Origin: Vulcanimicrobiota bacterium
GTDB lineage: Bacteria; Vulcanimicrobiota; Vulcanimicrobiia; Vulcanimicrobiales; Vulcanimicrobiaceae
Reading direction: 5' to 3'
NCBI GenBank assembly: GCA_963733295.1
Contig: CAVTCS010000003.1
Location: 2,592,001 to 2,656,000 of the forward strand
DNA: 64,000 nucleotides
Shown here: positions 1-10,374 of the stretch, piece after piece
Numbering within the stretch: the first letter of the stretch is position 1
Layout of the letters: each line of letters opens with the position of its first letter
The notes under the pieces: generated by a model
The model's input: only the letters and a program-made list of their open reading frames with translations
The model's database searches: none
Told to the model about the DNA's origin: nothing
Position numbers and translations under genes: made by a program

Positions 1-603
1 TACAGTTTTGCGGCCGCCACGCTCGCGCTCGGAGTGGCTTTGTCCGTCGCTTATATCGTTTCGCGCAAGCTCGCACCCGGCGCGGGAATCTTGTCGTTCG
101 TTGCGATGGCCCCGTTCGTCGTGCCCGGCATCATCCTCGCCATCGGCTTCTATTCCGCCTTTTCGCACAAGCCGTTGCTGCTCTACGGCACGGCCTGGAT
201 GCTCATCGTCGCGTTTGCGACGCGCTTCTTGCCGATCGCCTTCACGAGCATGCGCTCGGCTTTGCAATCGATCAACATCGACCTCGAGAACGCGGCGCGC
301 ACGCTCGGCGCGGGCCGCCTTCGCGCCCTCGGTTCGGTGACGCTGCCGCTCGTACGGCGAGGCCTCCTCTCGAGCTGGCTGCTGGCCTTTATCCCCTCGC
401 TGCGCGAACTCAGCTGCGCGATCTTCCTGTTCACTCCGGGCACCGCGGTGATGTCGACCGTCATCTTCGATTTTTCCGATGCGGGGAACTTCGAGGCAGT
501 TGCGACGATGGGAATTCTCTTGATGCTGACGACCCTTGCCTTCGTGGCACTGGCTTACCGCTTCGCCGGACGCGAACTCATCACGGCGCAGAACATCCAG
601 TGA
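1..603 (+). CDS. ABC transporter permease (Fe3+/thiamine/polyamine class), 5' truncated
   Basis: Frame is open from base 1 (YSFAAATLALGVALS...). It has an EAA-like loop (DLENAARTLGA) and several hydrophobic helices, and lies directly before an ABC ATPase. Confidence 0.85.
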   Translation, partial: YSFAAATLALGVALSVAYIVSRKLAPGAGILSFVAMAPFVVPGIILAIGFYSAFSHKPLLLYGTAWMLIVAFATRFLPIAFTSMRSALQSINIDLENAARTLGAGRLRALGSVTLPLVRRGLLSSWLLAFIPSLRELSCAIFLFTPGTAVMSTVIFDFSDAGNFEAVATMGILLMLTTLAFVALAYRFAGRELITAQNIQ

Positions 604-614
604 AAGAGCGTTAG

Positions 615-1682
615 ATGGCAAGCATCGCGCTGATGGGCTTGAAGAAGCGCTTTGGTGCCGCCCGCGCGGTGGATGGCGTCGACTTGAGAATCGACAACGG
701 CGAGGTGATGGCGCTGCTCGGGCCGTCCGGCTGCGGAAAGACGACGACCTTACAACTGCTCGCCGGCTTCTTGGAACCCGACGAAGGCGAAATTCGAGTC
801 GGCGACGTCGTCGTCTCGCGTCGCGGCTCGGTGCTTCCGCCGGAGCGGCGCAACATGTCGCTCATTTTCCAGACGTATGCGGTCTGGCCGCACAAGACCG
901 TCTTCGAGAACGTCGCTTTCGGTCTTGCGGTGCGGCGCGTGCCGCGCGCACAGATCGTCGAGCGCGTCAAGCAGGTGCTCGAAACCGTTCGGATGGCGTC
1001 CATGGCGGAACGCTATCCCGCCGAGCTCTCTGGCGGTCAGCAGCAACGCGTCGCACTTGCTCGCGCGCTCGTCGTCGAGCCGCAGATCTTGCTGCTCGAC
1101 GAGCCTCTGTCAAATCTGGACACGGCGCTGCGCGAGCAGATGCGCTTCGAGATTCGCCGTTTGCACAACGAAACCGGAATAACGATGGTCTACGTGACGC
1201 ACGACCAGGCTGAGGCGATGGTCACGGCGGATCGGATCGCCGTCATGAACGCCGGCCGGGTCGAGCAGGTCGGTACGGCAAGCCAGATCTACGAGTCACC
1301 GCGCACGGCGTTCGCCGCTTCCTTCATCGGCCGGATGAACACGCTCGAAGGTACGCTGCTCGAAAGCGGCGTGGCCGATTGCTCCGGTCTGATCCTGCGC
1401 GTCAGCGACGGCGTACCGCTCGCCAAGGGCCAGCGGGCCGTGATCTGCGTACGTCCGCACGACGTGTCGTTCGCCGCCGCCGATGACGCCGTGGACGGCG
1501 ACAACTGTATCCGCGGGCGCGTCGCGCAGCAGACCTATCTCGGCGACGTTCGCGACTACCTTGTCCAGGTGGCCGGCGACACGACGCTGCGCGTCATAAC
1601 TTCACCGGGCATCTGCCACGAAGTGGGCGAGGAGGTCACGTTGCGGCTTCCGATCGCCGCCTGCCGCATCGTCTCCGGCTAG
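615..1682 (+). CDS. ABC transporter ATP-binding subunit (FbpC/PotA type, C-terminal TOBE)
   Basis: Walker A GPSGCGKT, signature LSGGQQQR, Walker B LLLDEP, H-loop VTHD. Confidence 0.93.
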   Translation: MASIALMGLKKRFGAARAVDGVDLRIDNGEVMALLGPSGCGKTTTLQLLAGFLEPDEGEIRVGDVVVSRRGSVLPPERRNMSLIFQTYAVWPHKTVFENVAFGLAVRRVPRAQIVERVKQVLETVRMASMAERYPAELSGGQQQRVALARALVVEPQILLLDEPLSNLDTALREQMRFEIRRLHNETGITMVYVTHDQAEAMVTADRIAVMNAGRVEQVGTASQIYESPRTAFAASFIGRMNTLEGTLLESGVADCSGLILRVSDGVPLAKGQRAVICVRPHDVSFAAADDAVDGDNCIRGRVAQQTYLGDVRDYLVQVAGDTTLRVITSPGICHEVGEEVTLRLPIAACRIVSG

Positions 1683-2809
1683 AGAGGCGCGACGGCGATC
1701 GCGCTGGGGCCACTGGAATCTCCCCCGAGGTACGCGGGCATCGTGACCGATAGCGACGGGGCGACGAAGCCCGAGGCGCCCGCGTCGAACACGATCAGCG
1801 CTTGCGGTCCGGAAAGGTTCGTCAAATTGAAGGCGTACACGTTCCCGCTAGCGTCGACCGCCATCGGAGAGTTGTACGGCAATTGCGGCGATTGGAATTC
1901 CGCCATCGGCAAGACGTTGCCGCTCGCGCCCGGCGCGAAAACGAACACCTCTTGCGACTGCGAGTCGAAGACGGAGAGCGTTCCGCCGGCCGAGACTCCG
2001 ATCTGGCTCGGTATTTTAAAGCCCGTATTCGATCCTGAAATAACGCGAGCCGGCGCGATGTTTCCGTATTCTCCCGGCGGATACACCGCGATGTACGGCG
2101 GCCCGGTGCTGGGCTCGAGTGCGGCGTAAATGTTCCCGCTCGCGTCGACCGCAAGTCCGCTCTGGTTGACGTTGCTCAGCATCGTCGAGCTTCCAGCGAT
2201 CGTTTGATATTGTCCGCTGAGCGAACCGCTCGCGCCCGGATTGATGATGAAAATCGAGGCCGGCTCGGACGGGACGCTTTGCGCGCCTTGAATCGCGTAC
2301 AAATAGTTGTTCTTGTCGAATGCCAGCGCAGCCGGGGCGACGAGCGGGCTCGGATTGGCGTGGCCAGGATAATTGATCACCGCAGTCGGCGTCGCGTTGA
2401 GACCGATCGCGCTCGCCGCGAACTCGACGAGGGTGTACGTGCAAGGCGGGCACGCTCCCGTGCCGACGATGGTTCCGTTTGGAGCGACCGCGAGCATCCC
2501 GCCGAGGATCGTGAGGTCGGTCGAGGTCAGCCGCGTCGGCGTCGCGGTTCCGACGGAACCTTTCGGAAAGATATCGATCTCCCCGTACGTCGAGCTGAGG
2601 GTGAGGTTCCCGAAGACGTAGGCAGCTGTCGGCAGCGCCGTGGCCGGCGGACCTGGCGAGGGCGTCGGTGTCGCACCGCCCGGCGTTGGCGTCGCACCGC
2701 CCGGCGTCGGCGTGATGCGCGGGCTCGGCGAATTTCCGCCGCCTCCACCGCAGCCCGCGAACATCGCGGCACACGCGAAAAGGACCGTGATACGAACTCT
2801 GGAGCTCAC
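1679..2809 (-). CDS. Lipoprotein with Pro/Thr linker and NHL-like beta-propeller repeats
   Basis: Lipobox FAGC followed by GGGGG; TPTPGGA linker; repeated (L/M)AVDASGN(I/V)Y motifs. Confidence 0.75.
   Translation of the reverse strand: MSSRVRITVLFACAAMFAGCGGGGGNSPSPRITPTPGGATPTPGGATPTPSPGPPATALPTAAYVFGNLTLSSTYGEIDIFPKGSVGTATPTRLTSTDLTILGGMLAVAPNGTIVGTGACPPCTYTLVEFAASAIGLNATPTAVINYPGHANPSPLVAPAALAFDKNNYLYAIQGAQSVPSEPASIFIINPGASGSLSGQYQTIAGSSTMLSNVNQSGLAVDASGNIYAALEPSTGPPYIAVYPPGEYGNIAPARVISGSNTGFKIPSQIGVSAGGTLSVFDSQSQEVFVFAPGASGNVLPMAEFQSPQLPYNSPMAVDASGNVYAFNLTNLSGPQALIVFDAGASGFVAPSLSVTMPAYLGGDSSGPSAIAVAPL
2661..2714. repeat. 21-nt coding tandem repeat (about 2.5 units) encoding TPTPGGA
   Basis: Repeated GGCGTCGGYGTCGCACCGCCC-like units seen directly in the sequence. 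Confidence 0.8.
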
Positions 2810-2928
2810 GGCGTACGATGTGGACCGCGAGCCGTCGAAACCCCTGCGCGTTGCACCATTTGGTGAGGCGGATCAAGCCGGCGCGAAAACGCGGGGAAAG
2901 AGTTTTTTAGGCCGTCGCCCGCGTAGAA

Positions 2929-3618
2929 GTGAACATGCCAGCCGCAAACTCGCCCGGGGGACCGGTGCGCGTCTCGCCGATCATGTGGAGGATGTCGGCC
3001 TGGATTTTCTGTTCCACGCTAGCGACTGCGCTAGCCGTCTTCATCGTTTGCGTGAAAATGGGCCCGAATCAGTGGAGACTCACCGCTCTGCTGTGGTCGC
3101 TCTTTGGCGTGAACCTGCTCTTGTTGGTTCGGTGGACGTACGGCGCACTTCGGCGCGCCGGCTACCCTGCCTCGCCCACGATCCAGTTGGCTCAGTGGCG
3201 AGTGATGGCGGTGTATGCGGCAGCACTCATCGGTACAATCGTGCTGACGGACTTCATCTATCGCTGGACCGCGAGTCGACTCCTTGAGGGTCTCTTGGCG
3301 CTTTGCTTTGTGCCGCTCGCCCTTGTCTTCGTAAAGTGGGGCTACGCTCTCCAGCCGGCGCCCCAACCGTATGAAGCCGGCATGTTGCGATGGGCTGTCA
3401 CCATGCAGTTCGTTCTGCCGGTCATTTTAGGCGCGAACCTGATTTTGCAGCTTCTGCCGCATCATTACTACGGCGCAGGATTAGAAGCAAGGCGTGACTG
3501 GACTATCGCCGCCTACTTCGTGCTCGCGCCGATCTTTCCAATCAACGGGTACTTCATGCTGCAGCGATACTTTTGGGCTCGCGCTCTCGCGGCGCCGCTG
3601 TCACCGGCAACGTCGTAG
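2929..3618 (+). CDS. Hypothetical integral membrane protein (about 6 TM)
   Basis: Alternating hydrophobic segments; no recognisable family motif; start codon uncertain. Confidence 0.6.
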   Translation: MNMPAANSPGGPVRVSPIMWRMSAWIFCSTLATALAVFIVCVKMGPNQWRLTALLWSLFGVNLLLLVRWTYGALRRAGYPASPTIQLAQWRVMAVYAAALIGTIVLTDFIYRWTASRLLEGLLALCFVPLALVFVKWGYALQPAPQPYEAGMLRWAVTMQFVLPVILGANLILQLLPHHYYGAGLEARRDWTIAAYFVLAPIFPINGYFMLQRYFWARALAAPLSPATS

Positions 3619-3720
3619 GCGAACGTTGGGAGGAACCCCGAAAAGCAATCGAGCGCTCATCGGACGCTCCGACTAGCACGAAGTGCTTAGCGCTGAAGGC
3701 GTCGAGCCGACTCTGGCAAA

Positions 3721-6696
3721 GTGCGGCAGATGCGGGCGCGGGTCGAACTGAAGCTGCTCGGACCGTTCGAGGGGCGGTTTCCCGACGGGCGGCAGGCGAA
3801 ACTCGAGACCCGCAAGTCGGAAGCGTTGCTGGCGTACTTGGCCCGGCACTGTGGGGAATCGCATTCGCGCGAGCAGCTAGCCGCGATGTTTTGGGGAGAT
3901 CGAGACGACGCGGCCGCGCGGCACAACCTGCGTAAAGCGCTCGCATCGCTGCGGCGCAGTTTCGCACCGCACGAATTCTTGCTGGCCGATCGCGATAGCC
4001 TCGCGCTCGATCCGGCCGCGGTCAAGGTCGACGTTACGCTGTTCGAGGAGCTCGCTGCCGCGCAGGACACCGAGCAGTTGCACGCCGCGTCGGAGCTCTA
4101 TCGCGGACCATTCCTCGAAGGATTGGTCTCAGACGAGCAGCCGTTTGACGAATGGCTCTCGCGCGAACGGCAAACGCTGCACGACCGCGCCCTCCGGCTG
4201 CTGCTGCAACTCGCGGATGCGGCGCGCGATCCGGAGGCCGCCGGCGCCGCGCTCATTCGTGCTGTGGAACTGGATCCGTCGTGCGAGGAAGCGCATCGGC
4301 GCTTGATGCGTTTGCAGATCGCGGCACGGCGCTACAACGCCGCGGTGCGTCAGTTCCACGACTGCGCGAAGGCGCTGCAGCGTGAACTCGACGCAACGCC
4401 CGAGCACGAGACGTTAGCGGTCTATCGCGAGGCGATGGCCGCGCTGTCGCGCGTCTCCGACGTGGGCGCACGCGAGCTGCCCACCAATCTTCCACACCAG
4501 CTCAACTCCTTCGTGGGCCGCGCGGACGAGGTCCGCGACATCGAGGCGCTGCTCTTCGAACATCGGCTGGTCACCGTCGCGGGACCAGGCGGTTCGGGGA
4601 AGACGCGCTGTGCGGTGCAAATCGGCGCCGGCCTCCTGGCGAACTTTCCGGGCGGTGTATGGTTGGCGGAACTCGCGCCGATCGCGGACGATTCGCTCGT
4701 ACCGCGGATCGTGGCCGACGCGCTGCGCGTCCCGCAATCCGGCGATCGGCCTCTTCTCGACGATGTGGTCGCTCATCTCCAGCGCAAGCAGCTGCTGATC
4801 GTGCTCGACAACTGCGAGCACGTCGTCGCGGGCGCTCGCAACCTGGCTGCTGCGGTGCTCAGGAACTGCCCCGGCATCCGCATCTTGGCGACGAGCCGGC
4901 AAAGCTTGGAAGTCACCGGCGAACGCGTGTACCGCGTACCGTCGCTCGCTTTGCCACCGCCGTCGCTTCGCCTCAACCCTACAGGCGCCGCACGATATGG
5001 CTCGCTCGTGCTGTTTTGCGATCGCGCCAGGGAAGCCGCCGGCCACTTTGTGCTGACCGAAGAAAACCTTCCCTCGGTCGTTGCAGTTTGCCGGCGCGTC
5101 GACGGCATGCCGCTTGCGATCGAGCTCGCGGCAGCGCGAATCAAATCCCTCTCGCCGCGACAACTCGCGCAGAGGCTGGATCGACACTTCCGCCTGCTAG
5201 CCGGCGGCGATCGTAACGGGCCGCCGCGCCAGCAGGCGATGAGCGCGTTGATCGATTTCAGTTACGACTTGCTCTCCGAGCGCGATCGGCGGATGTTGCG
5301 GATGTTCTCGGTCTTCGTGGGAAGTTTCACGCTCGAGATGATGAGCGCCGTGTGCGTGGACGCGCATACCGACGAGTTCGAGGTGTTGGAAGCGCTTACG
5401 TCGCTCGTCGATAAATCTCTCGTGCAGGCCGAACCCGACGGCGAGGGCATGCGCTATCGCTTGCTGGAAACCACCCGCGCTTACGCCGCGCGAAAAGCGG
5501 CAGACAGCGGCGAGCAGGAGCATGCGGCACGAAGGTATGCGCTCGCCTGCGTCGCACTCGGCGAGGCGCTCGATGCGGCTTGGGACGCGACGCCCGACCG
5601 CCTGTGGTTCGCGCAACTGAGCGCGGAACGGGAACATTGGCGCGCGACGCTGGAGTGGACGCTCGAAGCCCGAAACGACGTGCTCGCCGGCCAACGTCTG
5701 GTGGCTGCGCTCGGCGGCGGATTCCGTCTCTTCGGCTTCGCGGCGGCGTTGGGTTGGTTGGACGCGGCACGCCACAGCGTAAACGCGGAGACGCCGCGTG
5801 CGATCGTCGCGCAACTCGATCTCGTCGAAGCGCGATACCGGGGGTGGCTCAATCAACATGAAGCGGCATGCGAGTCGGGCCGCCGCGCGTTCGAAGCATT
5901 CGCCGCGCTCGGTGAATCGCTGCGTGTCGCAGAAGCTCAAGGGGACCTGGGGCGCGAACTGACGGTTCTCGGGCGAGCCGCAGAGGCCGAGACGTTGTGG
6001 CTGGAAGCATTGGGTACGGCGCGCCGATTACGTTCGCGAAAGTTGCCCGCAGAAATACTCGCGAGCCTCGCCGAGGCTTCGATCGCTCGCGACGATCTGA
6101 AAGAGGCGCGGGTCCGGTTCTCAGAAGCGTTGGCGCTCGCCAAGGCATCAGAGCATACGATGCTCGAGTCCATCGTGGCCGCCAACCTCGCTGAGGCGGA
6201 GTTCCGAGGGGGTGACGCGGCCGCTGCGCTGCGTCTCGCCGGTGAAGCTGTAGCGGCGAGCCGAACGTTCAACGACTCGACAACCTTCAGCGTCGCGAAC
6301 TACCTCTCGAACATGGCTGCGTATCTGGTTGCGCTCGGCCGTTACGAAGAAGGCCGCGTTCACGCGCGCGAAGCGCTCGAGCTCGCCCGCGACGTGCAGC
6401 ACCACACCGGAGTCGCGTGCTCGCTCCAACACGTCGCCGCCGTCGCGGCGCTGCGAACGCCTGACGACGAGACCTCGGCCGGCGAAGATCGAGCGCGTGC
6501 CGCGCGGCTGTTCGGATACACAGACGCGCGCCTGGCGGCACTCGGCGGCCTGCGCGAATATACCGAACAGCGGGAATACGATGCCGGCATCGCTGCGCTC
6601 CGCGGCGTACTCGGATTTGAAGAGACGGACGCTCTATTGGCAGAGGGGCGAACGTGGTACGACGACCGCGCGTTCGCCGAGGCGATGACCGTCTAA
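3721..6696 (+). CDS. AfsR-like regulator: winged-HTH + BTAD + NB-ARC/STAND ATPase + TPR
   Basis: N-terminal LLAYLA...SREQLAAMFW; BTAD EEAHRRLMRL; NLPHQLNSFVGR; Walker A GPGGSGKT; LDNCEH; DGMPLAIELAAA; C-terminal helical repeats. Confidence 0.9.
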   Translation: MRQMRARVELKLLGPFEGRFPDGRQAKLETRKSEALLAYLARHCGESHSREQLAAMFWGDRDDAAARHNLRKALASLRRSFAPHEFLLADRDSLALDPAAVKVDVTLFEELAAAQDTEQLHAASELYRGPFLEGLVSDEQPFDEWLSRERQTLHDRALRLLLQLADAARDPEAAGAALIRAVELDPSCEEAHRRLMRLQIAARRYNAAVRQFHDCAKALQRELDATPEHETLAVYREAMAALSRVSDVGARELPTNLPHQLNSFVGRADEVRDIEALLFEHRLVTVAGPGGSGKTRCAVQIGAGLLANFPGGVWLAELAPIADDSLVPRIVADALRVPQSGDRPLLDDVVAHLQRKQLLIVLDNCEHVVAGARNLAAAVLRNCPGIRILATSRQSLEVTGERVYRVPSLALPPPSLRLNPTGAARYGSLVLFCDRAREAAGHFVLTEENLPSVVAVCRRVDGMPLAIELAAARIKSLSPRQLAQRLDRHFRLLAGGDRNGPPRQQAMSALIDFSYDLLSERDRRMLRMFSVFVGSFTLEMMSAVCVDAHTDEFEVLEALTSLVDKSLVQAEPDGEGMRYRLLETTRAYAARKAADSGEQEHAARRYALACVALGEALDAAWDATPDRLWFAQLSAEREHWRATLEWTLEARNDVLAGQRLVAALGGGFRLFGFAAALGWLDAARHSVNAETPRAIVAQLDLVEARYRGWLNQHEAACESGRRAFEAFAALGESLRVAEAQGDLGRELTVLGRAAEAETLWLEALGTARRLRSRKLPAEILASLAEASIARDDLKEARVRFSEALALAKASEHTMLESIVAANLAEAEFRGGDAAAALRLAGEAVAASRTFNDSTTFSVANYLSNMAAYLVALGRYEEGRVHAREALELARDVQHHTGVACSLQHVAAVAALRTPDDETSAGEDRARAARLFGYTDARLAALGGLREYTEQREYDAGIAALRGVLGFEETDALLAEGRTWYDDRAFAEAMTV

Positions 6697-6818
6697 CAGC
6701 TTCACGATGCCCTGATAGTCTCGGAGGGAAGCGGGTGAACCAAGGGGAGGCGGGAACCTAAGGCGACGGATTGGCCTGGGGAGCCGAGTTCTTGCCTTTT
6801 TGCTCGGGGGAGTTTTCA

Positions 6819-7886
6819 ATGCCCAAAGTACCGACCCGCCCGCTCGCTGCTGGAATCGGCGCACTAGCGTTGACGCTGACGCTTGCATTCGACGGAACCG
6901 GCGAAGCTTGTACCAGGATCCTCTCAAATACCAACGCCGGATACGTCCTCGTCGCGCGCAGTATGGACTGGGCTACAACGACGGAGCCGATCCTCACCGT
7001 AATGCCCCGCGGAATGAACCATGACGGTGGCAGGGTCGGATCGGAAGTAGCGGTAAGCCAGAATCCCCTGCGCTGGACCTCAACTTACGGCAGCGTCGTT
7101 ACCACGATCTATGGGATCGGGACCGCCGACGGGATTAACGAGCGCGGGCTGTCCGCGCATATGCTCTATTTTCCTCCCGCCGATTACGGTGCACGCGATG
7201 CGTCGAAGGCGGGCCTCCAAGGGGCGCTCTGGGCGCAGTACGCGCTCGACAGCTCCGCAAACGTCGAGCAGGCGTTAGCGAATCTCCAGAAGATTCAGGT
7301 TGTGAAGATCTCGATCGTACGGCACGGTCAGACGCAGAACGCCACGGTACACTTGGCACTCGAAGACGCCACCGGTGACTCGGCGATCCTCGAATACATC
7401 GGCGGCAAGCTTGTAGTTCATCACGGTCGACAATACCGGGTGATGACCAACGCTCCGGATTACGACGAGCAACTCAAGCTGCTCAGCGGATTCGATTTCT
7501 CAAACCCGACCATGGAAACGAACGTACCTGGAAACGTGAACCCGCGCGCCCGTTTCCAGCGGGCAACATATTTTCTGTCCGTCTTGACCCCGCCAAAGGA
7601 CCAACGCGAGGCGGTCGCGGGTATGTTCACGCTAATCCGAAGCGTCTCCATTCCATTCGGTGCGCCGGTCAACGGATCGACCTTTGATACCGAGTACCGC
7701 ACCGTCGGCGACTTGCAGAATCGGCAGTATTACTTCGAACTCACGACGTCGCCGAACGTCATCTGGATCGACCTTAAGAAGCTCAACTTTAGTGCAGGCG
7801 CTTCGCCTATGACGCTCAACCCGAACAACATCGCGCTGAACGGTAACGTCAACGGAAGCTTCGCGCCGGCGAGCGCTCCCTTTTAA
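6819..7886 (+). CDS. Secreted linear amide C-N (Ntn) hydrolase, choloylglycine hydrolase/penicillin V acylase family
   Basis: Signal peptide ends GEA|CTR, exposing the N-terminal Cys nucleophile; RSMDW, DGINERGL and VMTN motifs. ATG 6819 chosen over the upstream TTG. Confidence 0.88.
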   Translation: MPKVPTRPLAAGIGALALTLTLAFDGTGEACTRILSNTNAGYVLVARSMDWATTTEPILTVMPRGMNHDGGRVGSEVAVSQNPLRWTSTYGSVVTTIYGIGTADGINERGLSAHMLYFPPADYGARDASKAGLQGALWAQYALDSSANVEQALANLQKIQVVKISIVRHGQTQNATVHLALEDATGDSAILEYIGGKLVVHHGRQYRVMTNAPDYDEQLKLLSGFDFSNPTMETNVPGNVNPRARFQRATYFLSVLTPPKDQREAVAGMFTLIRSVSIPFGAPVNGSTFDTEYRTVGDLQNRQYYFELTTSPNVIWIDLKKLNFSAGASPMTLNPNNIALNGNVNGSFAPASAPF

Positions 7887-7931
7887 AATTTTAGGCAGTA
7901 CGCGGACTAGGCAGAATCAACGCTGTAAACC

Positions 7932-8840
7932 CTACGCGAGCAAAGCGTGGGAGATGTGTAGCGAGACGACCCAGTTCGGCACGTCCACGAGTTCGCTGAT
8001 CTTCAAGTCGCCGGCGACGCTCGCGAGCATGTAGGCGTCAATGTCCGTGATACTCGTGCGGCGGACGATCTCCGCGATCATCGCCGTCGTAGCGTCGCGC
8101 GCCGCTTGCAAGAGATCGGGCCCGATGCCCGTGGTCGCAAGCGCGGCACCTGTGCGCTGCGAACTCGGCGAGGTGAGTAGAATCGGAGCGGCGAGGCGTC
8201 GCTGGCGTTCGATTGAAACGCGCAAGACCGCGACGGCGTTCGTTTCGATCGCGGTGCCGCAAACCTCGCCGTCGCCTTGCGCCGCGTGCGCGTCGCCCAG
8301 CGAAAGGAGTGCGCCGTCGACGGCGACGGGCATGTATAGCGTCGCCCCCGCACCGACGTGCCGGATGTCCATGTTGCCGCCCCATCGCGTCGGCGGAATG
8401 ACGGAGAACGAGCCCTCTTCTTCCGGGGCGACGCCGATCGTTCCGATCATCGGCAAACTCGGCAGCCGCATACCGGTGAACAGTTCGATCGTTCCGTCCG
8501 CGATTCGCGACATTCGCAACTCGGGATCTGCAAAGCGATCGGCGAGCAAGCCGAAACCGGGGATGTTCGCGGTCCAGCCCCAGCGGTCGACTTCGAGATC
8601 CAGGATCTCGACGACCAGGGCGTCTCCGGGCCTCGCTCCTTCGACGAAGATGGGACCCGTCACCGGATTGACGCGCCCAAAATCGAGCGTCGCAAGGGCG
8701 CCGGCGGGAGAATCGGAGGCGAGTTGACCGCCCGATGCGTTCTGGAGTTCGACGGTGATCGTGTCGCCGGGCGCGACTCGCAACACCGGCGCGATCGATT
8801 TGTCCCAAACGTTGTGGGTTTGCGTGCGTCGCAGGTGCAT
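7932..8840 (-). CDS. Acetamidase/formamidase family protein
   Basis: NPVTGPIFVEGARPGD, GGNMD and GDAHAAQGDGEVCGTAIE motifs. Confidence 0.92.
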   Translation of the reverse strand: MHLRRTQTHNVWDKSIAPVLRVAPGDTITVELQNASGGQLASDSPAGALATLDFGRVNPVTGPIFVEGARPGDALVVEILDLEVDRWGWTANIPGFGLLADRFADPELRMSRIADGTIELFTGMRLPSLPMIGTIGVAPEEEGSFSVIPPTRWGGNMDIRHVGAGATLYMPVAVDGALLSLGDAHAAQGDGEVCGTAIETNAVAVLRVSIERQRRLAAPILLTSPSSQRTGAALATTGIGPDLLQAARDATTAMIAEIVRRTSITDIDAYMLASVAGDLKISELVDVPNWVVSLHISHALLA

Positions 8841-8988
8841 TACCGGCGCTTTCGCGCCCCTCTCCCGGCGCTCCCCGGATTTAAGCGTCGCGCGTTGAAG
8901 ATTGCGCTGCCGGCACTCACGTTGCTACAACGAGGCCGGACGTAGCCATGCCCTAGGAGCGCCTTTCTCTTGTGGAGGTTCCGAAGTC

Positions 8989-10341
8989 ATGCGTAGGAAG
9001 TTTTTCATCATCGGAACGGGAGCGGCGATTGCCGCCTCGCCGGCTCGCCCGATCGCTGCCGGCTCAGCAATCTACGCCGACGCGAACAACGGCCAACTCG
9101 GTGCCGAGTTGAGCGCTGCCGAATTCGCCGGCGTGCAGCACGCGCTGCTGCCCGACGCGCTCAAAGGAACGGCGCTGGAGGTGCAAAACGCTGCACCCTC
9201 TGCTGCGACCCGCGTCGTGCTCGCGAACCTGCCGACGGTTTCGACGCAAGGAGTTCCCGGCAAGGTCGGAGCTCCCGGTTCGTGCGAGGCCCAATCGTTT
9301 GGTTACTGTCTGGGCGCCTATACCGCCGCGCGGAATCCGAACGGCAGCCGCAAGTGGAGCGCCGGCGATGGCGGCAATCAGCCGAGCGCCGCGTGGCTCT
9401 ATCAGTGGGTACACCAAGTGAACGGCCACGGTGCCAAGACTTGCCCGAGCGGTTCGGGCGCGACCCCGTACGCTCGAAAACTGGTCACGACCGGTGCCCC
9501 GAGCACGGCGAAGTATCCGTACAATCCGCACAACGGCGTGACCGTGGATGCCGTCTGCTCGTATATCGAGTCGCTCGATGTAAACGACGCCGGACCAGAC
9601 GCTTCACGGCTCTTAGTCGGATCGTACAAAGCGTTCTCGGGTCTCGTCGACAACCGCTCGCAGTACCTCGACACGTTCAAAGCGCTCATACGTCAAGGCC
9701 ATGCGATTGCGTTCAGCGGTCGTGTTGCCAAGGTCTATTGCATCGAAAACCCGCCGCTGGTAAAGGGCGCGTTCACCGCACCGCAGGGATTCATCCCTAA
9801 GTCAGGTCACGGCCAAGTAATCGTCGGCTACGACGACTCGAAGGGCCCGCATGGCGCGTTCCTCGTTCAGAACAGCTTCGGGCCGGGTTGGAATCCGGGA
9901 CCGCGCGACGATCCGGGCCACAACGGGCGCATCTGGTGGGGCTACGGCGCGTGGTTCAAGAGCCAGGGCTACGCGCTCGTGATGTATCCAAACCTGGACG
10001 AAACCCCGGGCGGCTACAAACTCGGCAAGATGGGCTCGGGCCCCGAGCTGTACGTTCGCAGCGCAAAGCAGTACTCCGAAAGCGGCAACCACTATGCTGT
10101 GCTTGTTCTGCAGGCCACGGACGCGATCACGCTGTCGAAGGTCGAGGTGCTCGGCAGCGGCGGAAAGAGCGCCGCCGATACGCTGCCGACCGCCGCGAAC
10201 CTGGCCGAAACGATGCGTTTCGGTTATGCCTACGTCAAGCGCGCGACTGCGTTCGCGCCGGGCCAATACGAGGCAACGATCTCGGCAACCAACCAGACCG
10301 GCCAAAGCGTCACATACAAGGGACCCATCAAGATCGCCTAA
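8989..10341 (+). CDS. Tat-exported papain-like (C1) cysteine peptidase with C-terminal beta domain
   Basis: MRRKFF twin-arginine leader after a GGAGG RBS; Q...GSC nucleophile region; GH and QNSFG...W catalytic motifs. Confidence 0.8.
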   Translation: MRRKFFIIGTGAAIAASPARPIAAGSAIYADANNGQLGAELSAAEFAGVQHALLPDALKGTALEVQNAAPSAATRVVLANLPTVSTQGVPGKVGAPGSCEAQSFGYCLGAYTAARNPNGSRKWSAGDGGNQPSAAWLYQWVHQVNGHGAKTCPSGSGATPYARKLVTTGAPSTAKYPYNPHNGVTVDAVCSYIESLDVNDAGPDASRLLVGSYKAFSGLVDNRSQYLDTFKALIRQGHAIAFSGRVAKVYCIENPPLVKGAFTAPQGFIPKSGHGQVIVGYDDSKGPHGAFLVQNSFGPGWNPGPRDDPGHNGRIWWGYGAWFKSQGYALVMYPNLDETPGGYKLGKMGSGPELYVRSAKQYSESGNHYAVLVLQATDAITLSKVEVLGSGGKSAADTLPTAANLAETMRFGYAYVKRATAFAPGQYEATISATNQTGQSVTYKGPIKIA

Positions 10342-10374
10342 CCGAAACGCCCGCCACAGTCGAGCACTTGGTGC

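Noticed and set aside
3721..6696. Avs/NLR-type anti-phage STAND system
   Set aside because: The N-terminus is a DNA-binding winged-HTH plus BTAD, not a nuclease, TIR or Sir2 effector.
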